Below are positions 38,318-43,463 of a stretch of DNA of 43,463 bases, one piece after another. This DNA is from Octopus bimaculoides (lineage: Eukaryota): positions 5,308,635-5,352,097 of the forward strand of contig NC_068990.1 of the NCBI RefSeq assembly GCF_001194135.2, read 5' to 3'. The position numbers and the translations under genes were made by a program. Within the stretch, counting starts at the first letter, position 1; each line of letters starts with the position of its first letter. A model generated the notes under the pieces. It saw nothing but the letters and a program-made list of their open reading frames with translations. It was not told the DNA's origin and searched no databases.

Positions 38318-38480
38318 CAATGAGCTTCTTTCAATTTCTGTCTACCAAATCCATTCAAAAGACTATGGTTGGCCCAAGGCTATAGTAGAGCATACTTGCA
38401 CAACGTTCCATGCATTAGGACTACACCTTGAAATATGTGATTGGGAAATAAGCTTCTTATCACACAGCCAGCAACACATC
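38318..38480 (-). mobile_element. tRNA-derived SINE, 5' half
   Basis: Reverse-complement match to 28900-29060. Confidence 0.7.
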
Positions 38481-39349
38481 TTTGTTGCAAGTCAGACGAA
38501 GTACCTCTCCAATGTCTAAAATTGCAAACATGACATAAATTTTTACTTTGAGTTTTTTGTGTAAACTGGTATTGCAAGTAGTGTGGGTAGCCACTACACA
38601 TTCTTTTTTTCTCTCCTTGTTTCTTTCTGTGGAAGAGCATAATGAATTTTAATAACTACATCATTGTTTATCATGGGTCGATTTCTGAAAATGTTGATGG
38701 CTCACCAGGCCTGCACGACTCAAACACCTCTACCCACAAACCACACATATAAAAAGCAACACTCTCTCACTTTCCACAGGTTCCCCCCTTCTAAGCCCTC
38801 TCTTAATTCTTTCATACTTCACTCTCTCCCTCTCAAACCTTGAACAACCATCATGCACTATCTTCTTGTGCCTCCCTCTCCCAATTACCAGCTGCAATTC
38901 CTATCTTTATTAGAGTATTTTTAAGGCAATCCTTAAACCTTAGTTTAGGCTTATGTGCTGGTCTCTACTAGGCAAGTGTCTTCTACTATATCCCTATGAC
39001 AAACAAAGCTTTGTGAATGAATTTGATAGATCGAAACTGAAAGTAGCCTGTGGTATGTATGTATGTATGTGTGTGTCTGTTTGTGTGTGCGCACGTGCGC
39101 ATGTGTGTGTGTTACTATCTCTTTGCCTTGACTTCATGCGAAAGTTGTAAACGAATGCAACTGACATGCAAGTGGTGTCCTTCATTTCCAATCTTCTGTG
39201 AAAACATGTCTGGCTCAGTGAGTTTTGGTGACAGGAGATTTCATCCAACCGATGATGATGATGATGATGATGTTGATGATGGTGATATATAATACAATTA
39301 TGCCGGCAAGCTGCATTTGTTGAAAAGAAAAATATATATGTATGTATAT

Positions 39350-39381
<32 letters not shown>

Positions 39382-40746
39382 GTCTGTGTGAGGGGGGGGG
39401 GTATGTATGTGTGTGTATGTATGTATGTGTGTATGTATGTATGTATGTGTGTATGTATGCATGTACGTATGTATGTATGTGTGTGTGTGTGTGTGTGTGT
39501 GTGCAGACATACATCCTACCTGAAAATGCCTGAGAAATCAACAGTATTTACTAACATCTTTATTTTCTTTTGTTTCAATAACATTTGTAATGATTCAAGA
39601 TATTGAATGTCTATTTTACATTTAGTTTCCTTAAAAGGTAGCCATTTCCAAATGCATGCTGGGAAAATGATACACAGCAAAATTTTCACATAGGAGACAT
39701 CACATAATTAATTTACTTTACATTGAAGCATGAAGATAGTTCTGTAGCACTAACTACAATTCATATATGATAAGAAATAATCTCTGTATTTTCTGCTGTG
39801 ATTTGATTTCTCCTATTGGTAAAATCTATTAATATATGATATATATAAATTTTTTGAATATTCAGATTATATGTGTATATTCTTTATATTGTTTCATACA
39901 TACATATATACATTCATACATAAATACATTCATACGTAATACATACATACATATATACACACATACATACATACATACATACACACATACATACATACAT
40001 GCATACATAAGCATAGATGTACACACAGACTTCTACACACATTGATAAACCCCTACACACAAATGCTTACACACACATACACACACACACACAAACTGAC
40101 ATACACTGACAAGTACACACGGACAGACAATTTGACACACGCAGATACAGACATGAACAGACACATAAAATAAAAAACAAACAGATACACACAAATGCGC
40201 ACAAACAAACACACATACAGACGTACAAACACAAATATAGTTATTCAGACCTAAAAGCATACACAAATATGTGCACACCCCTCCAACACATCCACCCATG
40301 CCTTAGTTGTTTTTGTACTGATGAAGTTTTACATAATTTTCCTTTTACTTTTATTTGCATTTTTTTCTGTCATTTCATATTACAAACAATTTTCTTTAGT
40401 GAAATTATGACTTTTTTTTTTTTACATTTTTCATGTTTATTTTTATTGATTTGAAATGTAGTTGATTGGGTTTCTGGAACCAGATGGAACATCGATTACA
40501 TTTTTCTTTTCCTTTGATGACTATTATAATTTAAAACGACAACAACAAAGCAAGAAATAAATAAAAGCATAGAAAATAAGTTGAAAAATAACAAAGGTTG
40601 TTGAAAGAGGATACAAATTTGATGACTTCTATATAAAAAGATGATGAAACATTATATCACAAATTGATAAAAGAAATCAGTTTTCCTTCCAAATATGTGT
40701 ATATCCATTCAGTGCAACCCCACTTTAATATCATCTTTGAGAGTCC

Positions 40747-40971
40747 TTAACCCTTTAGCATTTAAACTGACCATATCCAGCCAAAATATTCTGTTTTCTG
40801 TTCAAACTAGCCTGATCTGGTATCTCATACATATCATACAATGGCATTCTAAAAATAATCAATGACATCATTAAAATCTTGAAGCTACAAAATAATGCAT
40901 GATTAATTCAGAAACAATGTGAATAAATAGGCATTATATTTGAAAGAACAGTCTGAATGCTAAAGGGTTAA
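40747..40971. mobile_element. piggyBac-type non-autonomous MITE
   Basis: TTAA TSD on both sides, perfect TIR CCCTTTAGCATT / AATGCTAAAGGG; homologous to 391-625. Confidence 0.85.
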
Positions 40972-41566
40972 AATGTCATTTCAAGAAGAAAAAAAATCAT
41001 AGTGAAACTAAAACAGGGTTCAAGAAAATTGGGAAAGAGCAAAAAAGAAAAGAGAAATATAGAAAGCAAGCTATGGAGTCTAGTGACTCATCATGTTGTA
41101 TGCAAATTTGTGTTAATAGCAGGGCATTATAATGGAGTTGTACTGTATTTTTAGAACAGAACAAATACTTGCATAGAATTACTAAATACCAGCAGAAATC
41201 CAATAAATGCACCAGCAATAACAATATGTTTGTAATATATCCTGTAGATAAAAATCTACTGCTGAATGGCAAAATTCTTCATTCTGTAATGCAAACAGTA
41301 GGATATGAGGAAACTCTGTGATTGTCAGTGTTGGCAATTAGTAAGTATAAACAGTTTGCTGGAGAGTAAAAAATATAATGGATCTCGATCAGTCTTAACA
41401 ATGACTATTCCTTTGTTTGATTTAATGGACCTTCTTACTTGTTTTCATTAGATTAACTATTTAATATGCAAGTCTTGTCTTTTATTTATTTAAGTCATTG
41501 GACTGTGGCTGTTTTTCTCTCTACAAAACAGAAAGTTGCATTATGGAACATTTTAACGAGTTTTTT

Positions 41567-41682
41567 TTATTTATCACCTGACGATATACGTCTGCACCAC
41601 CAGATACTCCTGAACCAGTTTTTCTGTGTCCCACAAGAGGAGTCGATGCTAGATGTGTCGAAACAATTGTTGTGATTAATAA
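41567..41682 (+). ncRNA. Type I hammerhead ribozyme-like motif (probably a Penelope/retrozyme relic)
   Basis: Stem I ATCAC/GTGAT (extends 5 bp past one mismatch), core CTGACGA 41578-41584, ~11-bp stem II, GAAA 41660-41663, palindromic stem III ACAATTGT, NUH = GUU. Confidence 0.7.
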
Positions 41683-41741
41683 TATATTCTCGTATATTCT
41701 ATCTTCTGTCTTTCATTTGTTTTATATATATATATATATAG

Positions 41742-41895
41742 TGGTTGGCGTTAGGAAGGGCATCCAGCTGTAGAAACTCTGCCAAATTAGATTGGAGCCT
41801 GGTGCTGCCATCTGATTTCACCAGTCCTCAGTCAAATCATCCAACCCATGCTAGCATGGAAAGCGGACGTTAAACGATGATGATGATGATGATGA
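41742..41895 (+). mobile_element. RTE-type 3' tail element with (GAT)n
   Basis: GTGGTTGGCGTTAGGAAGGGCATCCAGCTGTAGAAAC...GGACGTTAAACGATGATGATG. Confidence 0.8.
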
Positions 41896-41945
41896 TATAT
41901 ATATATATATACATACATACATACATACATACATACATACATACA

Positions 41946-41981
<36 letters not shown>

Positions 41982-42059
41982 TTATATATATATGTTTTTC
42001 CCTCCAAGTTTCAGTCCAAGGACTGCAGACATGCTGAGGTACTGCTGTTTACTTTGCTA

Positions 42060-42430
42060 CACTTTCACCAAATCTTCTCTGATATGTGACATTTGGTGGA
42101 TGAAGGAGTTTGACATTGCTGCCCTCATCTGTGTTTCTTGCCTAGAAGTAGGTTCATCCCAAACTCTTGACAGAAAGAGATCCAGTTTTGTTTTGAAAAA
42201 GCCTACATCCACACCATGCAAGTCTCACAGGCTTTGTGAGAGGATACTGAAAAGCCGTGGGCCTTTGAAGCTCAAGCTGTTACAGTATCTGGTCTTGTAT
42301 CCTGATGGCAATGTTGGGACCTTTGATACCATGCAGTAGTGCCCCATCCTACTGTTTGTGTTAGTGACAATGCCAAACTTTGGAATAAGTTTTTCTAGGT
42401 TTTTCCTGATATATATTACTGCATATCTTA
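42060..42430 (-). mobile_element. CR1-type LINE ORF2 3' end
   Basis: YIRKNLEKLIPKFGI...RYCNSLSFKGPRLFSIL and FKTKLDLFLSRVWDEP, CR1-like C-terminal motifs. Confidence 0.75.
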
Positions 42431-42439
42431 CCCACCCTT

Positions 42440-42597
42440 GCTCTGGGTTTCTTTCCGTTTCTGTCTTCGAAATCCACTCACAAGTCTTTGGTTGGCCGAA
42501 GGCCATAGTAGAAAACACTTTCTCAAGATGCCATGCTGTGGGACTGAAACTGGAACCATGTGGGTAGGAAGCAAGCTTCTTACCACACAGCCATATC
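42440..42597 (-). mobile_element. tRNA-derived SINE, 5' half
   Basis: Well-conserved reverse-complement of the SINE head (CTTACCACACAGCC, GGGACTGAAAC). Confidence 0.85.
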
Positions 42598-42730
42598 AAT
42601 GTCCAACTTTTTCTTCTGACATATTATCATGTTGCCCAGTTACCTTAAATTATTTATTTGTAGCATGCCACTGACATTTTCTAAGTTATCCTATATCATT
42701 GCTTATTGCTGCTTTGACTCTCATCTTACA

Positions 42731-42775
42731 GGCAGTTTTTAATGGCAAAGATATTGATTCCTGTCTAATTGCCAT
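42731..42775 (+). CDS. Weak candidate 45-nt exon (AVFNGKDIDSCLIAM)
   Basis: Good acceptor ctttgactctcatcttacAG, only a weak donor (ATG|GTTTGA), no homology recognised. Confidence 0.15.
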
Positions 42776-43049
42776 GGTTTGAGAATTGCTCATCCAGCAA
42801 ACAATTTAGTTACAGGCATACTAACTGAAGAATCAAAATTTAATATAAATATTAATGCTAAAGAGAACTTAATTTCGTTAAGCTGATCTTTTTGTCATTT
42901 TTGCAGAATTAAATCTTCCACCTTGTATATCATTAAAGTCCACTTAACATCATCATCATCATCATTACTACCACCATTACTGCTACTGTTATGACCACCA
43001 ACACCACCATCATTATCAATGTTTCTCAACTCTGCCATCAACACTACCA

Positions 43050-43080
<31 letters not shown>

Positions 43081-43416
43081 TATTTTATGTTTGACTTTTG
43101 TTTTGCATTTGTACAAGTTGGATCCAAGTCTCACCCAGAGACCTCAAGAGACAACAAGTTAGAAGTTCATGTAGGTGTTATGCCTAGGGTACCATATATT
43201 TGGATTTGTACAGTTTTGTTCAAGTGAATGTTTAAGAAACCATAAGAAAATTATGTTTGCTTTAAAATTTGAGATTACATAGACAATATTTTACATAGGA
43301 TATGGGCAGTTCCCATGAGCACTATCTTTTGAACTTCAGCCATTTTGGGGTTTCCTGGTATCTGAGCTAGGTAGTAATCAGCCCGTTTCGCTGTCATTCC
43401 CAGGGCACCTATGACA

Positions 43417-43456
<40 letters not shown>

Positions 43457-43463
43457 TTATGTT

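Noticed and set aside
1259-43227. Dozens of ORFs rich in HT/YI/CV/ER/MY runs or X
   Set aside because: They are translations of (CA)n, (TA)n, (GA)n, (ATAC)n microsatellites or N gaps, not genes

Overview
This is eukaryotic, strongly AT-rich, microsatellite-dense DNA with assembly gaps at 1367-1648, 12525-12540, 15565-15893 and 21422-21431. The tRNA-head SINEs, RTE tails ending in (GAT)n and overall repeat make-up resemble an Octopus (coleoid cephalopod) genome; this is inference, not a database result. No intact protein-coding gene can be supported. Nearly all listed ORFs are microsatellite read-throughs or decayed transposon sequence, and only weak exon candidates exist. The window reads as intronic or intergenic and is packed with mobile-element relics: a full-length dead mariner plus relatives, RTE, CR1-type and R4/Dong LINE fragments, several Penelope-like (GIY-YIG) remnants, Helitron, hAT and Tc1 scraps, piggyBac-type MITEs and many SINEs. 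The most interesting signals are: (i) a type I hammerhead ribozyme fold with a palindromic stem III at ~41567-41682; (ii) a Penelope GIY-YIG endonuclease whose GIY and YIG halves are split by ~435 bp of triplet-periodic Ala/Thr/Pro/Val-coding sequence; (iii) several long fold-back palindromes and a pre-miRNA-sized hairpin. Coordinates of decayed elements are approximate.
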